Source: Pseudogymnoascus verrucosus (Eukaryota). Taken from it: 64,000 nucleotides of DNA. Every line of letters starts with the position of its first letter. Position 1 is the first letter of the stretch. Made by a program: the position numbers and the translations under genes. Under the pieces are notes generated by a model that saw only the letters and a list, made by a program, of their open reading frames with translations, was not told the DNA's origin and made no database searches. The DNA lies in NCBI GenBank assembly GCA_001662655.1, contig KV460214.1; one strand, given 5' to 3'. This document shows positions 63,401 through 64,000 of the stretch, in pieces.

Positions 63401-63966
63401 TACCGTCTGTTTGCCCTTGATATCGTTGGGAACGCCTCCAGCGCTCTGGAAAGACTCTTGAATCTTATCAAGTGAGTATCTGTTAGGGCAAGATATTCTT
63501 TCTTCTTCCGAAACAAACCAATGGTCGTCTGCACCTGCCCATGATACAGCAACTGCTGCCCGTCTTTGTGAAATGCAAAGCCCACCTCTTCAGATGAGAT
63601 ATCAATAGAAGACTTCTCCATAGCCTCACTACTCGCCACGGAGGACTCATCCACAGATAAAATCGATTTCCTTCCAAGAGACCCAAATGTCGAACCAGGT
63701 CTATACCTGTGCAGACGTTGCCGAGTTGAGGATGAAATCTGTGTTCCCCCACTCACCAAAGCCGGCGAACCATCTAGCTGTGAATCACGACCCATAGGAG
63801 AGCCCTGGCGTGGTGCAGGTGAATGGCTCGTGAACCTCTTGCGCTCCGCCGGTTTAGTGTCATCTTTTTGCTTCGTGATCAGCGGCGTAAGAGAGGACAG
63901 TTTCGCCCTTGAGAACCGATTTGAGGAAGTCTGTGTGCCATTGCTGCCCCCTGAACTGGATACCAT
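60404..63966 (-). CDS. Large PH-like plus RNI-type leucine-rich-repeat protein; may extend beyond the window
   Basis: ORFs of 771 aa and 400 aa joined by a GTAAGT...CTAAC..TAG intron near 61655-61707. GLFRKKKEYLALTDTHLIRF, ALRYNESF and LEELDISG/LKVLKLE repeats. Confidence 0.75.
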
Positions 63967-64000
63967 TGTTATATTAGGTTGGCATTAAGAGGTCTTATAA

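Overview
Filamentous ascomycete genomic DNA with short GT-AG introns and CTAAC/CTAAT/CTGAC branch sites. The window has two parts. (1) About 1-24.4 kb is an accessory segment. It holds an 11-gene cluster with no PKS, NRPS or terpene-synthase backbone: two Zn2Cys6 regulators, two Gfo/Idh/MocA dehydrogenases, a tandem ABM-like barrel protein, an AhpD/CMD-like protein, a kynurenine-formamidase/cyclase-family hydrolase, an MFS transporter, a Baeyer-Villiger monooxygenase, an EthD-like protein and a PTH11-like receptor. Eight of these genes form four consecutive head-to-head pairs with repeated CGG/CCCCGG promoter motifs. The cluster is followed by probable transposon-end remnants, a 12-exon secreted tyrosinase-like gene almost invisible in the ORF track, and a strictly 28-bp-periodic degenerate array. 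(2) About 24.8-64 kb is gene-dense housekeeping DNA: aspartic protease, RFC4, Rcf3-like, HIS3, LOC1, alpha/beta hydrolase, SCC4, hotdog dehydratase, PHA2, eRF1, amino-acid transporter, BMT2, RPL25, TIM8, CorA Mg transporter, SPC1, RBX1, an Edc1/PNRC-motif protein, Derlin, CenH3 and a PH-LRR protein. The main hidden signals are an apparently complete readthrough plus 3'UTR-intron NMD feedback layout, with a tandem alternative acceptor, at the 3' end of eRF1; the putative ring-opening catabolic cluster; and a structured RPL25 intron. Gene models were spliced by eye and family calls come from motif recognition, not database searches.
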